Origin: Mustelus asterias
Lineage: Eukaryota
Direction: 5' to 3'
NCBI RefSeq assembly: GCF_964213995.1
Contig: NC_135803.1
Coordinates: 60,760,001 to 60,824,000 of the forward strand
Length of the DNA: 64,000 nucleotides
Part shown: piece after piece, positions 12,526-25,485 of the stretch
Layout: every line of letters begins with the position of its first letter
Numbering within the stretch: the stretch's first letter is position 1
Made by a program: the position numbers and the translations under genes
Notes under the pieces: generated by a model
Databases searched by the model: none
Told to the model about the DNA's origin: nothing
The model's input: the letters and a program-made list of their open reading frames with translations, nothing else

Positions 12526-13007
12526 TAAGCATAAAACAACAGCGATTTTGTCCTTCAATACAACGAGAGTTTTTCTTCAGTGGACAAAAATGATTACAAG
12601 CCAGCATTGTTTTAAGACTTCATCCTGAGAAAAGCAAGTATAGCAAAAAACTCTTGAAATCATCAAACTTAAGTGCATACTACTTTTATAATTGCATTCT
12701 TAATTTGTGTGTGTATGCAGTGTGTGAGTGTCTGCATGGGTGTAGTTACGTATATTCAGGTATTGAACAATTAGCATTTACCTTTCTTTTAAACTTACAA
12801 AAACCTGCCATTTGCCTGTTCCTGGCAATGAAACTACCTGTTTTTAAAACACACTGTCTTTGGTCAGGGGAGTGGAATCAGGCCGATCATTTCTCAGCTG
12901 TCCGTAACAAAAGTTAAAAAGGAGAAGAGAAAGGTTTTTTAAGATTTCAGTCTCTGAGTGTGGCCATCACTAACAAAGTCAGCATTTATTGCCTACACGG
13001 AGTTACC

Positions 13008-13160
13008 GGGGGGAAAATCTATCGTTCCACCCGCCCGGCCACGGCGGGGGGGTGCGGGGGGTGTGGGGGGGGGGGGCGGGGGGTGAAACCATGAAAAGGT
13101 CCGTTGACCTTGGGCGGGATTTTCTGGTTTTGGGGCGAACGCAGCTGGAAAATCCCACCC
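13008..13160. mobile_element. PIF/Harbinger-type MITE with G-run expansion
   Basis: Inverted homologue of 3655-3780; ends ggaaaatcccaccc. Confidence 0.7.
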
Positions 13161-13259
13161 ATTCTCTCTGAGTCAGTGGCAATGCACTATCTTCTTTAAA
13201 TTGTTGCAATCTGTGTTTCCACGCTACTTCCACAACCCAGCAGGCAGAGCATTCAAAGA

Positions 13260-13400
13260 CACAAACACAAAAAGTGCTGGAGAAACTCAGCAGGTCTGAC
13301 AGCATCTGTGGAGAGAGAATAGAACTAACATTTTGAATTGCTGATCCATCATTCTCTGGTTTTGTTTCAGATTCCAGTAGCCGTACTATTTTGCCTTGTC
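13260..13400. repeat. Fragment of Penelope-derived fold-back repeat
   Basis: tgctggagaaactcagcaggtctgacagcatctgtggagagagaatag, shared with 15060-15270 and 38925-39055. Confidence 0.65.
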
Positions 13401-13774
13401 AGAGCATTCAATGATGTTGACATGGCATTGATAAAGGAATTGTAATTTATTATTTCTTTAATTTAGCAATAATAAATATTGAATGAAATGTAGGTGCACA
13501 GACTATAGTAAATAGGATCTAAACAGGGAATTTTATTAATTAACTAGCTGGCATGGATTGTTCTGAATGATACTTGTCTACATCTTTCTTTCTTGAACTG
13601 GAGGGTTACCAGATTCTAACCATGGGGACAAATTGATCTGTATGTTTTGATTGAAAAGTCCACTTAACACCAAAAATTTAAGTTGAGTTAATTGGTTGCT
13701 GAGTTTAAATCTCAACATACAGTGTGATCAAACTGTCTGCAATTTTAACCCTTAGTCCAAACTAAAAAGTAAAG

Positions 13775-14065
13775 TGTAGTTATTAGTAACAAGTAGGCTT
13801 ACATTCACACTGCAATGAAGTTACTGTGAAAATCCCCTCGTCACCACACTCTGGTGTCTGTTTGGGTGCACTGAGAGAAAATTTAGCATGGCCAATTCAC
13901 CTAACCTACACATCTTTGGACTGTGGGAGGAAACCAGAGAATCTGGAGGAAACCCACACAGACACGGGGAGAATGTGCAAACTCCAAACAGACAGTGACC
14001 CAAGGCAGGAATTGAACCCAGGTCTCTAGGACTGTGAGGCAGCAGTGATGACCATTGTATCATTA
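13775..14065 (-). mobile_element. HE1/V-SINE with alternative (Rex1/Babar-like) tail
   Basis: V-domain followed by ggggattttcacagtaacttcattgcagtgtgaatgtaagcctacttgttactaataa. Confidence 0.88.
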
Positions 14066-15059
14066 GGCAATTTGCTCATTCATAACCTTAAAAAAGTTAA
14101 CATTTACAAACATTGTTTTTATGAACCATAGTAACAACATAACTTAACACCAAATGTAGAATTAGATTCCTGCTGCAACAGTTTCACAACTCATTTTTTT
14201 AGCATCATAACCTTTCGAAACAAACTATTCTAGTGTGTGTTGAATTGTGTCTGAGTCTGCTGTGCATTAGGAGTCAGTTAAAACCATTCAAACTTATTTT
14301 GCAGCCAACCCTCATGCTTTGCTCAAAGTGGGATTTGAATCTAAACCCTGGAGCTGAAAAAATTGTCCACAGAACAATCAAATGAGCACAATGGGAGAGG
14401 AATTTCCTTGGTGAATTATGTATTTCAAAATCATCAGTCTTTACAACACCACCATGCATTGCTCCTTATCAAAATATGCATCCAAAGATATTATTTCCAC
14501 AAGCATTTAGAGAGTCAGACTTTCTCAATTTTGGATTCAACTTTGGAAATCTCATATGTTAGATACTTTTTAAGAAGTGCGCTGTGAAGTCAAAAAAGTA
14601 ACTAATGTGAACACATTTCTCAGATTGGGGAACATCAGGTCGCAAATACATTCATCCCTCTCCTCCCCAATATTTGGTTGGTTATCACTTCCATACCTAC
14701 CAACAAGCCAATTGTCTGGACTACCAAAGAATATGGTTACATATTCACCTGAATTGTATGTGTACATGGTAAACGGTTGAATGCTTTCAGCCACTAACCT
14801 ATCAGGTTAAGAAACCATTCCCCTACACACACAGATGGGAAGGAACATTTGGTGAGATACTGTGGATGGATACTGGAAGATTTTGATATTCTGAATGAAC
14901 ATGTAGTAATGGTGAGATGCACAGAATTTTTTTATCACACTACAATAACTACAATTTGCAATTATAGTGATCCTCACCTGGAGGAATGTAACTGAGAGTG
15001 CATGCGCACACTTATACAGGGGAAGATGTCCCATCTGAAAGTAAGTTAATATTTTAAAT

Positions 15060-15270
15060 CAAAAACATAAAATGCTGGAAAATCTCAGCAGGTTTGACAG
15101 CATCTGTGGAGACAGAATAGAGCCAATGTTTTGAGTCAGAGCTCTGGCAAAGGGTCATCCAGACTCGGAACATTAGCTCTATTCTCTCTCCACAGATGCT
15201 GTCAAACCTGCTGAGGTTTTCCAGCACTTTCTGTTTCAGATTCCAGCATCCACAGTATTTTGCTTTTATC
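15060..15270. repeat. Penelope-derived fold-back (hairpin) element with decayed hammerhead motif
   Basis: tgctggaaaatctcagcaggtttgacagcatctgtggaga...tctccacagatgctgtcaaacctgctgaggttttccagca inverted arms; centre ctggcaaagggtcatccagactcggaacatt resembles CTGANGA-stem-GAAAC. Confidence 0.75.
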
Positions 15271-16811
15271 TTAATATTTGAAATGTTGGCTGAGTAACAA
15301 TTTTGTTTTCTGGTTTAATGGGTTAAAACATTTTTTAAAAGGAAAATAAGTCCTATCAGGTAGTATTATAATCTCCTCTCTGTTGAAATTACCATTGCCA
15401 TCTCCATCACATTTGATAGTGCTTGATTTAAGGTCATTATCATGGCAACGTATAATTATCTAGAGGGAAAGGTGCTGTAATATCTGAAGGGTTGCAATTA
15501 ATGAGGTTAATTTAGCTTTGCAATACGAACACTAAAATTATACTGCAAGTCATGCAAAGGAAATGAATGTTATAATGTGTAAAATGTGATTTTTCAGCTA
15601 ATGATTAGATCTTATTTAAGTACTAACACCAGTAGAATAACAGTTTGATTCTTTATGGAAGGTGTAAAACTATGAAATGATGATGTTTGTAGATTTGAAT
15701 AGAAATCATTATTTTAATCAACTGACTTCTAATTTCTTCTCCTTCATTTTTGATATACACTTTTGTTCCTACATAACCTATGAAAAGAAGGTGCATAATT
15801 TGACCCTCTTAATTATTTCCAACAAAGGATTTCAATTAGTTAGTGTTATGTGTTAAGAAATAATAGGAAAAGAATAAGCTGTTTTTGGAAAGATTTCTGT
15901 CATATTACTGTTATCTTCTGTGTGGACTGTCAGCACTTAACTTATGGTGGTAAAAGTGATTTTGCAGCCATAGGTTAAGGTCTGATATTCCACACAGAAG
16001 GCTGCAGCACCATGACAGAAATCTTTCCAACAGCTGCCCTGTGAATGGGCCATAGTCCAGACTACCATCCAATTATTGATGGCAGGTTGCTTCGCCAAAC
16101 TGCCAACTCAATCAAAGGACCGGCATCTTTGCAGCCTTGACAGTGCCCAAAGAGAGACTGATGCTGAGATGACAAGGGGAAAGGTGAAGAATTGATGCCT
16201 CTCACAAGTAGAAATATGTATTTCTGTGCTGGAGCCAGGCAGGCAGACCTTAACGATCAGAGGGGTCAACACTCCATTGGTGGTTTCAGGATCACGTCGG
16301 CAGCCATTGCCCATGAGACCCCCTTTGTTGATCATACAGCCTCTGGAAACCAAAGGGAAGCTGCTAGTTTGCCTCCATGCAGCTGGTGGCTTCCCCATGT
16401 GGCAGGTAACTATCGTTCAGGAAAATGGCTGTCAATTGACTTACAAATTATTTAAATTGGTTATCCACTTCCAAGTGAACATCCAAGTCAGGTCTGGCTC
16501 TGAGAATATGTGCTGATAGTGTAAACATGTCAGGCTTGCCTTCCAACGCCTTCTGCTGCCATTTTCCTGCTCTTCTTGCCTGCCAGTATGTCCCTAATGG
16601 GCTGGGTAAAACCTGACCACTATGTATTATTTTAAAAAGTTATGAAGGATCATTATGCCTCTTAAATGTCTATTAATTTGTTCAGATGAGTAAGGTGGAA
16701 CTATATCATATAGTGGTTATCTATCTGCTTGTTCAATCATTTGCAAAATAAATTATCTTAGTATCTTGAACTTAAAACAAGATCCAAAGTGATTTTTTCG
16801 CTTCTTTCTTT

Positions 16812-17115
16812 TTATGGGCTTTGCTGTCTGGGCCAGCATTTGTTGCTAGGCCATTTCAGGGGCCATTTAAAAGTCAACCACAGTGCTGTTACTCTGGAAT
16901 CACATGTAGACCAGACCAGGTAAGGATGGTAGATTTCCTTCTCTAAAGGACGTTAGTGAACCAGATATGTTTTTACAACAATCAGTAATGTTTTCATGGT
17001 CATCAGTAGACTTTGAATTATACCATCTGATGTGGTTGGATTCGAACCCAGGTCCCCAGAAAAATACTCTGGATCTCTGAATTACTACTCCAGCAACAAT
17101 ACCACTATGCCACTG
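16812..17115 (-). mobile_element. tRNA-headed MER131-like SINE
   Basis: Box A ggcatagtgg, box B gggttcgaatcc, body ttcactaacgtcctttagagaaggaaatctaccatccttacctggtctgg, tail aaatgctggcccagacagc. Confidence 0.75.
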
Positions 17116-17639
17116 CTCTATGATTTTTGAAGAGTGAAGGAAGATGTTCAAGAGGCAACAGTTAACAATTGATGTCCTAGAAAAGATTTGGTGTTAATCT
17201 TTGGAGTACATTATCGAAAGCTAGATTTTAAGGCCTATGAAAATGACTTGAAACATAAGACGCCAAATACTCAAGGATAAGAGGGTTAACAAATAGCCAG
17301 AACTGTATTACACACATTTTGTGTTGTTGTAACACCAAGTAACCACCTTGGCTTAAAATTCCCTGAGATGAATTTTTGTGCTATCAACCAACAAGTATAC
17401 AGCACAAAATGCTCTGGTGACAATTGCAAAATCCTATCTGTAGTCAGCACCTTGGATTTTAGGTAATTTTTGAATTAGATCAACTGGTAGCTTAATATTT
17501 AATCCTTAAACTGCTGACAGGTCTGGAGACATTACAGTTCTCTTGAATCAATTTTCTTTAAGCTTTCAAACAAGATATTATGGCATTCAAATAAATGGTA
17601 ACATTACAGTTATAAAACTAGTCAAATATGAGTATGGTA

Positions 17640-18110
17640 ATAGCAACTTGCATTTATAATCACCTCTTTAATGTACTAAAACTCCCTGAAGCACTGCACA
17701 TGGGCATTAACAAACATAATTTGACATCAAGACACATAAGGAGACATTAGGACAGGAATGACAAAAGCTAGTCAAAGAGTTAGATCTTAAAAACATTTTA
17801 AAGGAGAATTGAGAGGTGGAGAGGTTTAGGGAGGGAATTCCAGAGCTGAGGACTCAGGCAGCTGAGTGCACAGCTATTAATGTTGGAGTGATTAAAAGTG
17901 GGAGTGCACAAGACACCAGACTGGAGGATCGCAGAGATCCCGAAAGATTGTAGGGCTCTGGATGGTTACACAGAGAGGGGTCAGACCATGGAAGAGTTTG
18001 AAAACAAGGATGAGAATTTTAAAGTCAGTAATGCTTTGGATGAATTCGAGTCTATGGAGTGTGGAAGATGGCAGAGGAGCCAAAGGGCACTGGAATACTC
18101 AAGAGTAAGA
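17640..18110 (-). mobile_element. L2 LINE 3' fragment
   Basis: ORF remnant DFKILILVFKLFHGL; tail similar to 6960-7130. Confidence 0.7.
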
Positions 18111-19204
18111 ACAACCTTAAACTTTAAAACAAAGCTGAACTGTTTTTGTAAAACAGTTTAAATGAAAACTTACAAGCATTTCACTTATGTTCACTCAACT
18201 TCCACTGGTACTTGATTTCTTGCAAGCACGACATTTTTACAACATAATCACGGTGCATCCATGCGGGTCACATTAATGCTGTTCTAGGTTAAGCTGGGGC
18301 CGATTTCACTTCATAAATGAGAACAATAGGAAACAACTTGCAAACAATCAAAGTAGCATCGACTGTTATAATGGCTTTGATTATACCTGAGGTTCAATAA
18401 TGGCACAAAATCCATTAGAGTTTCACTGAAAAGGAAAACAAACAACAGCGTTGAATTTCTGCAAGGTGATATAAGACCCTTATGTGATAGAAAGGCAATC
18501 AGTTCAAATGTTCATGAATTTCATTGCTATGTAGCAGTCAGCTTGTAACAATAGGTATGGGTGGAGATCATCAAATGCTGTACAGGAAAACAGCAGCTTC
18601 CAAAATTGTAAAACCTCAGCAATGTTATTGCAAAAAACAACTTGTCAGGAATGAATCCGTAGAATATTGATTGAGACATCTGTTCTCAGGTTTTGCAGGA
18701 TCAATCCATGAAAAGCTGGGAATAACTTTGCAGAAACTTGCCATGGGAAATAAAATGAATGGGGTACAAATGTTCATATTAAAAGTTGACCTGGTTACAC
18801 CACAATGTTACCATAGTGATTTTTATAGTCAAAGACTTTGAATGGAGAAAAAACTGGTCAGTAAAGAAGTCGTCCCCATCTCTAAATCATATTTTGGAAA
18901 TAAGAAGACCCGTTCTCAACCTCACTGCAAATGCATCAAATTTGCTTCCAGTTTCCAATCTTCCAGAGGTGGGCTGGGTGCAAGGCTTGCTTCTGTGCCT
19001 CCACATTATGTTTGAATGAATAAAAAATTATAAAACAAAAATCAATCCTAAACCCTCATCCTCACCTCCCACATACTCTCTCCGCCCCATGTATGCCAAC
19101 TTAAGCCAAACCATGCTCCTGGCCACCCCATGGTCCCTACTCTGCTTATGCCAACTTACTGCCCCTCTGTCCTCTCTCCTTGGCCTCCATACTCCCATGA
19201 CAAC

Positions 19205-22200
19205 TGTAATTTTCTGTAGTTCGATGTAACACTATTTAACTAACTATGCATCTGTAAGAAAACACGTGTGCTCTGCCCGAGGTCCTGGGAAAATCTGGCG
19301 TGCTCCTGCCATATGATGCTCGACATGACTGCATCATTACATAGTCATGTGACAACCCAGTCTACATCCTCCCTGATTAGTTTGGGCCCCTACTGGTATG
19401 AGGCGTAATAGTGTACACAGTGAAAACTATATACAGACATCTGTACAAAAGCAGTTCGCTGTTCAACAGTGTACAATGGTTTGTGTGAACAATGAAACAC
19501 AGAGTGGGCTCTTGTAACTTGGTATACAGTCCATTGTGTGTACTTCGCTCCCTTCTTTCAACATGTGGTGGGAGGGAACAACAGAGAAGACAAAACAAAA
19601 CACCGTTCACCAATCCAAGCAGTCTATGTGGTGACAAAATCCCAATATCGTGTGTTGGGCCTGCTCAGACATCCAGAGGATGTGATAACACCAACAGGTG
19701 GAGGGGAGACTGTTCTATGGCTCTTGTCCATTCTGCTGGACTCACAAGATAAATCATGTGTGTGTGTGTTGTGCAGATGTGGGATCCACCATATCAGACT
19801 CCGATTAGGTCTGCATGAACGTGGCTGTGGAGGGCCTGTGGTCAAGGCAGATGGTTGAGTTGCAGTGGCAGCTGTTGCTGATGGCTTTGAAGCTTGTACG
19901 TACTGATTGCCATTGACAGCTACTACATAGCTGTTGAGTTACAGGGTACTGCTGGATCCAGAAGTTTTGGCCTGCTGCTAGGGGACTAAGGCTGTGAACA
20001 TGTTGATTGTAATGCACATTGTTGTACATTGTGTATGCATTGCAGCAGTTTACTTTGTACATTACATTCAAGTTTGGGCTGCAACAGAGCCTTGACAATG
20101 GGAATCATGATCCTAGTGCACCTGGAAAAAAGTTGCTGTGGGGATGAGGGCAGTCCCTGTTGTGGAAGATTACACAAGTTAAGTATGCAGCATAGTAATA
20201 AGTGTGGTTCCATGCATATTTTTCTGAGAGGTGATTGGCTGAGCATACTGCTCTTTCTGCTCGCACGTTTGACTGGAGGTGTGGGGGAAACTTCCTGCCC
20301 ATGGTGCATGCAAAATTCCAAAGCTCTGCAGAGATGAATTGTTGAGCGTTGTCTGTCATGAGGCTCTGCAGGATGCCAGGCATGGCAAAGTGATCACCAA
20401 ATTGCCAGTTGCGTTCTGAAGGTAGTCCAGTTCAAACCACCTGGAATATGAGTCAACCGGAACCAAGTGCTGTTTACCACGCAACTGAAAAATATCAGCA
20501 CTGTGGATTCCCATGGGACCTCATGTCGGTGTAGCCGTTCTATTGCTTGGTGCAGCTTTAGTGAGTATCTTGAGACTTCCCTGTCTATATCAGTGTACAT
20601 TTAACCTTGACTTTGGTTACTTCTAACCCAGAGTCCCCTTGGTACTGCTGTTGGACATCATACAACTGGAGGGCAGGCGGAATAACGAATTATTGACCAC
20701 ACAGGATTAGGCCATCTTGCATGGTTAGTTCTTTTCTGAAGGCAAAGAATATGCAGAATTTGTGAGGTAGCTCCCTGGAGGATTCTTGACAACCTTTCAT
20801 TATTATGTCATGCAGTTGTGTGCATGTGATGTCCACGTATAAAACCTGCTTAAGCTCCGAGATGCGATGAGAGGACAATGCCTCTATTTCCATAATGTCC
20901 ACATCTACCTCGCCATCAGCCTGGTCCATAGTGGTAGGAAGGCCCTGGAAAGGGCATTAGCCAAGTAGAGTTCCTTTCTGCACTTCTATACAATGCTGAT
21001 ATTCTAACGCTTTAACTTTAACATCATGCATTGCAAGTGTTCAGTTGCATCGTGGAGAGGCTTCTTCAGGATGTTTATGAACAATTGATGGTCTGTTTCA
21101 ATGGTTGTGGTTTGACCATGTATGAAATTATGATATTTCTGATATGCAAAAACTAAGGGAAGGATTTCCTTCTCAATTGTACATAACGAGGCTTAGTGTC
21201 AGTGAATGCCCTTGAGACAAAGGCTATTGGTCTGCCATTTTGTATGCATGTTACACCAATTCCATATTGGGAGGCACCTGCTGAGATTAGACTGGGCGCC
21301 TGACCATCAATATTGTATTGTAGTACCAGTGGGGTTGCTAATGCTTGTCTGAGCCAATTGGAAGATGCTGTGTGGTAATCTTATCTACACCATTCAACAT
21401 CCTGAAGGAGGAGTTGACAATAATTTAACTATAACACGGGATGAATTTGGAGAGATGGTTTGTCGTGCCCAGAAAACACTGTAAAGCATGTTTGGCCACA
21501 AAGGAAAGGAATATAGATAGGATATTATTAAACTAGAAAGGGTGCAGAAAAGATTTACTTGGATGCTACCGGGACTTGATCGTTTGAGAGGTTGGATGGA
21601 CTGGGACTTTTTTCCCTGGAGCATAGGAGGCTTAAGAGTGATCTTATAGAGGTCGATAAAATAATGAGGGGCATAGATAAGTCAACATCTTTTCCCAAAG
21701 GTAGGGCATTCTAAAACTAGAGGGCATAAGTTTAAGGTGAGAGGGGAGAAATACAAATGGGTCCAGAGGGGCAATTTCTTCACTCAGAGTGTCTGGAACG
21801 AGCTGCCACTGTCTGGAATGAGCTGCAATATCAGCATTGTATAGAAATGCAGAAAGGAACTCTACTTGGCTACTTAGCCAGAGGTACTAGCAGAGGTGGG
21901 TACAATTGTCTTTTAAAAAGCATTTAGACAGTTACATGGGTAAGATTGGTATAGAGGGATATGGGCCAAACGCGGGAAATTGGGACGAGCTTAATGGTAA
22001 AAACTGGGAAGCATGGAAAGTTGGGCCGAAGGGCCTGTTTCCATGCTGTAAACCTCTATAACTCACAGAAATATAGCCAATTGGCATATGGCTGCAGTCT
22101 TGTCTGAATCAGGTTTCACACCATCAGCCATAAGTAAGTGGCCTACGTATGAAATCTGATTTACCCTGAATTTGCATTTCGCAGGATTGAGGTTATATTG

Positions 22201-23055
22201 GAGATCCCTGACTTTGTCCAGGATATGACAAAGATGCTCACTCTTGCACAGTACAACCCCAAATCAGGGTATCATCGACTATGATCTTGCGTGGTTGATC
22301 TGCTAAGAGTTGCTCCATGCACTGCCAGTGGAGATACCGTATGGCATACACATAAAATGGTTTCTGCCTCCCAGAGACATGAATGCAGTCAGTTTTAAAG
22401 ATGTCAAATCTAAGGGGATCTGCCAAAATCCACATTTGTGACATATCTGATGTCACCTGCTCCACTGTCTTCATGGGGCAGTGTGGTCTGAGCAGTGCTT
22501 TGTTCAGATGTACTAGGTTGATGCATATCCTAAACATGCCATCCTTTTTTACAACAGCTACTATTGCTGAAACCCATTCCATGGCCTCTTCTCCTGGGGT
22601 AATCACACCCAATGCTGTCATGAACGCAGCTCATTGATTACTTTTTGCCTCACGACTACTAGTGCTCGTCTTAGGGCACTGACTGTTTGTGGAACTGAGT
22701 CATTCAATCACATGTGATATACGATTGGTAGTTTGTCGATGACCTGGCAATCGAAAACATCACCACGCATTGTAATCTCTCGGACTTGCAGTTGTGGAGC
22801 ATGCACTTCTGGGCCAAGCTGAATGGGCCCTACCATCATGTTAAATCAAAGTCCGAACATTGACTTTACATTCTCATTCACAGTGTGGAAATTGAAGTTT
22901 CCTTGTGCACATCAAAGGCTAGTTATACCCTCAGTAAAGATTGTCTGTCCACCATAAACCATAAGGTTAGACAGCTGGTCAGGATTCTGTATCATACCTG
23001 GGACTATTTCATGTAGTTTTTTGCTAGATATTACATTTTGCTTTGCCCTGGTATT
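19205..23055 (-). mobile_element. Degenerate Gypsy/Ty3 LTR retrotransposon: protease-RT-RNaseH-integrase, PPT and 3' LTR (about 19205-19366)
   Basis: RT EWVSAIVAVVKKDGMFRICINLVHLNKALLRPH and IIVDDTLIWG; RNaseH ETDHQ and LYLANALSRA; integrase LMTDNAQQFISAE...QSNVRAERAV; PPT cagggagga followed by TG at 19366. Confidence 0.88.
21500..22065 (+). mobile_element. CR1 3' fragment inserted in the Gypsy pol
   Basis: ctagaaagggtgcagaaaagatttacttggatg...gggccgaagggcctgtttccatgctgta tail. Confidence 0.88.
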
Positions 23056-23057
23056 GA

Positions 23058-23398
23058 ATTCTAAAATCCCTACAGTGCAGAAGGAGGCCATTCAGCCCAT
23101 CGAGTCTGCACCAACCACAATCCCACCCAGGTCCTATTCCCGTAGCCCCACATATTTACCCTGATAATCCCCCAACAATAGGGGTCAATTAGCATGGCCA
23201 ATCAACCTAACCTGCACATCTTTGGACTGTGGGAGGAAACCGGAGCACCCAGAGGAAACCCATGCAGACACAGGGAGCATGTGCAAACTCCACACAGACA
23301 GTGACCTGAGGCTAGAATTGAACCTGGGTCCCTGGCACTGTGAGGCAGCAGTGCTAGCCACTGTGCCTTTGTGCCTCCCACTACTGTGCCACCATGCC
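23058..23398 (-). mobile_element. Full-length HE1 SINE, CR1-type tail
   Basis: tRNA head, V-domain and gactcgatgggctgaatggcctcc tail; short duplication at the 5' end. Confidence 0.92.
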
Positions 23399-23584
23399 AC
23401 CCTAATTATTGATCATAAGTCTAAGCCTGGCGTTACTAGAGAATACATGAAGGGGACTGAAGATTTCATCCTTTTCCATGGCAGGTATCACACTTTTGAA
23501 ATATAATGTAGATGTTGGTGTTGATGTTGTTGCCGCTGGTTTTGTGACTGTACTACTTGGGTTGAATTGTAATTCATTGGTCTT

Positions 23585-23675
23585 GATTTGATTTGATTTA
23601 TTATTGTCAGATGTATTAGTATGCAGTGAAAAGTATTGTTTCCAGTGTGCTATACAGACAAAGCATACTGTTCAC
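23585..23675 (-). mobile_element. Rex1/Babar LINE 3' tail
   Basis: Near-identical to 36440-36535 (tttgatttgattt...cagtgaaaagtattgttt...tgctatacagacaaagcatac). Confidence 0.8.
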
Positions 23676-25199
23676 TAGCCACCCCTATTTCCCCAATGTT
23701 CCCTATTCCAACTTTGTACCAACCTATAACTCCCATCTTTCACCATTACCTCATTCATGTCAACTCATCTCGTGTCCTTGGACGGTTCCTTAATGGCTTT
23801 GACACTTCCTGGATAGTTTTGACAGCTTTGACAGTTTTGACATTTCTTGGATAACATTGACAGGTTTGACAGCTGGACAGTTGTTTGACCACTGGACAGC
23901 TCTTTAAAAATTCTTTGACAGCTCCCTTGCCAGTTTGATGATCCCAATGATTTTGTGTGTAAAAGGTGCATAATTATTTTCACTTCTAACAATCCCAAAG
24001 GGTGCCTTAACCTGCCCTATAGGTGTTCCTGTCCAAAGGGTACTTAACCTCTCCAAAAGGGTGCCCTGGTTATCCAAATGCATCTACCAAGTTCATGCTA
24101 TTACCTGTTCTAATATGTGCTCTCTGGATTCCACACTCCTGTTTTTCTAAAATCCCACTTCAGTCAAGGCTGCTGATTATTTAAATTTAAATTTGCCTCT
24201 GCAAATTGTGCATGCGTAAACCCCAGCCTAACTCCAGTCCCACCCCTGCGAAGGTGGGAAATGCTGGGTTTGGGAGCAAGACTTGGCATTTTCATCCATT
24301 TCTGGGATTTTCACCATGATGCAGAGACTCTTGGTTGTGGTGAAAATCTGGATCGTTTCAATGGCTAACTCTGATAATGCATTGCACAATGTAAAAAATA
24401 TTTTTCATTTTCTTTGTCTGTTCAATAGTCTGACAGTATCTTCTGTTCGTTCAAAGAAATGAATGAAAAATGAATGCAGTGAGATTGTCAGTGCCTACTT
24501 GTATTTCTGTAAATTAAAGGTGACACCTATCAATCAGGGTGATTCGGCAAACAGCTAGCACTGCCATATTTGTATTTTGCGCTTTTTTCAACAATCAGAA
24601 TTCCTACTAAAAACTACTTATTATCTCTGAAGGCAATTGGTATGGAACACACTGATTTATCACACTAAAGACTACTGTAATTACATTCCTGACAGAAATA
24701 GACTTCAGGATAAACTTCCTCATTCCCTTCCCTCATGACTACAACATATTTAGGTATCATAAAGCACACTACAGAATGGTATTAACCACTCACAAGCTCA
24801 GCTGCTTCTATATGTGCTGCTTGATCTTAGGTTAATCTTCCTTTAACTTTATACGTTTCATTTGAAACAGTTTGTGATTCCCCCCTGCTCCCCACCCCCC
24901 TTCCAGGTTAATCGGATTCCAGGCAAAGATATTGTAAGCCCACATTTGTTAATGTTTTCTAATGAGCAAAATGAAAATGTAACCAAGGTGAATGGTTTTA
25001 AAATATTTAAAATATTTCTCATGCTTGCTAACAAAAATAAAACTATCCAGTTCTCAGCCTGAGGCTAAATTGTGATATATTAAATATACACAGTGGCAAT
25101 GCAGTGTAAGGTTTAAGGTCATAAGCAGTTGAATAAATGGAGGGAGGATACACTGATTAAAGTTATCACTGGAAAATAATACCTAGCAAATTGCAAAGT

Positions 25200-25485
25200 A
25201 AAAGTTTATTAGTCACAGGTAGGCTTACATTAACAATGCAATGAAGTTACTGTGGAAGTCCCCTAATTGCCACACTCTGGCACTTGTTTGGGTACACTGA
25301 GGGAGAATTTAGCATGGCTAATACACCTAGCCAGCACACTATTGGATTGTGGAAGGAAACTGGAGCACCCTGGAGGAAACCCACGCAGACATAGGGAGAA
25401 TGTGCAAACTTCACACAGACAATGCCCAAGCCAGGAATCAAACCCAGGTCCCTGAGGCAGCAGTGCTAACCACCGTGCCACCGTG
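25200..25485 (-). mobile_element. HE1/V-SINE with Rex1-like tail
   Basis: Head cggtggcacggtggttagcactgctgcctca, V-domain, tail cagtaacttcattgcattgttaatgtaagcctacc. Confidence 0.9.

Noticed and set aside
12600-12909. Possible partial LTR ending cgtaaca
   Set aside because: No 5' TG boundary or TSD found.
14624-15040. Possible coding exon (tttctcag ... gtaagt)
   Set aside because: Stops in all three frames and no recognisable protein; a non-coding exon cannot be excluded.
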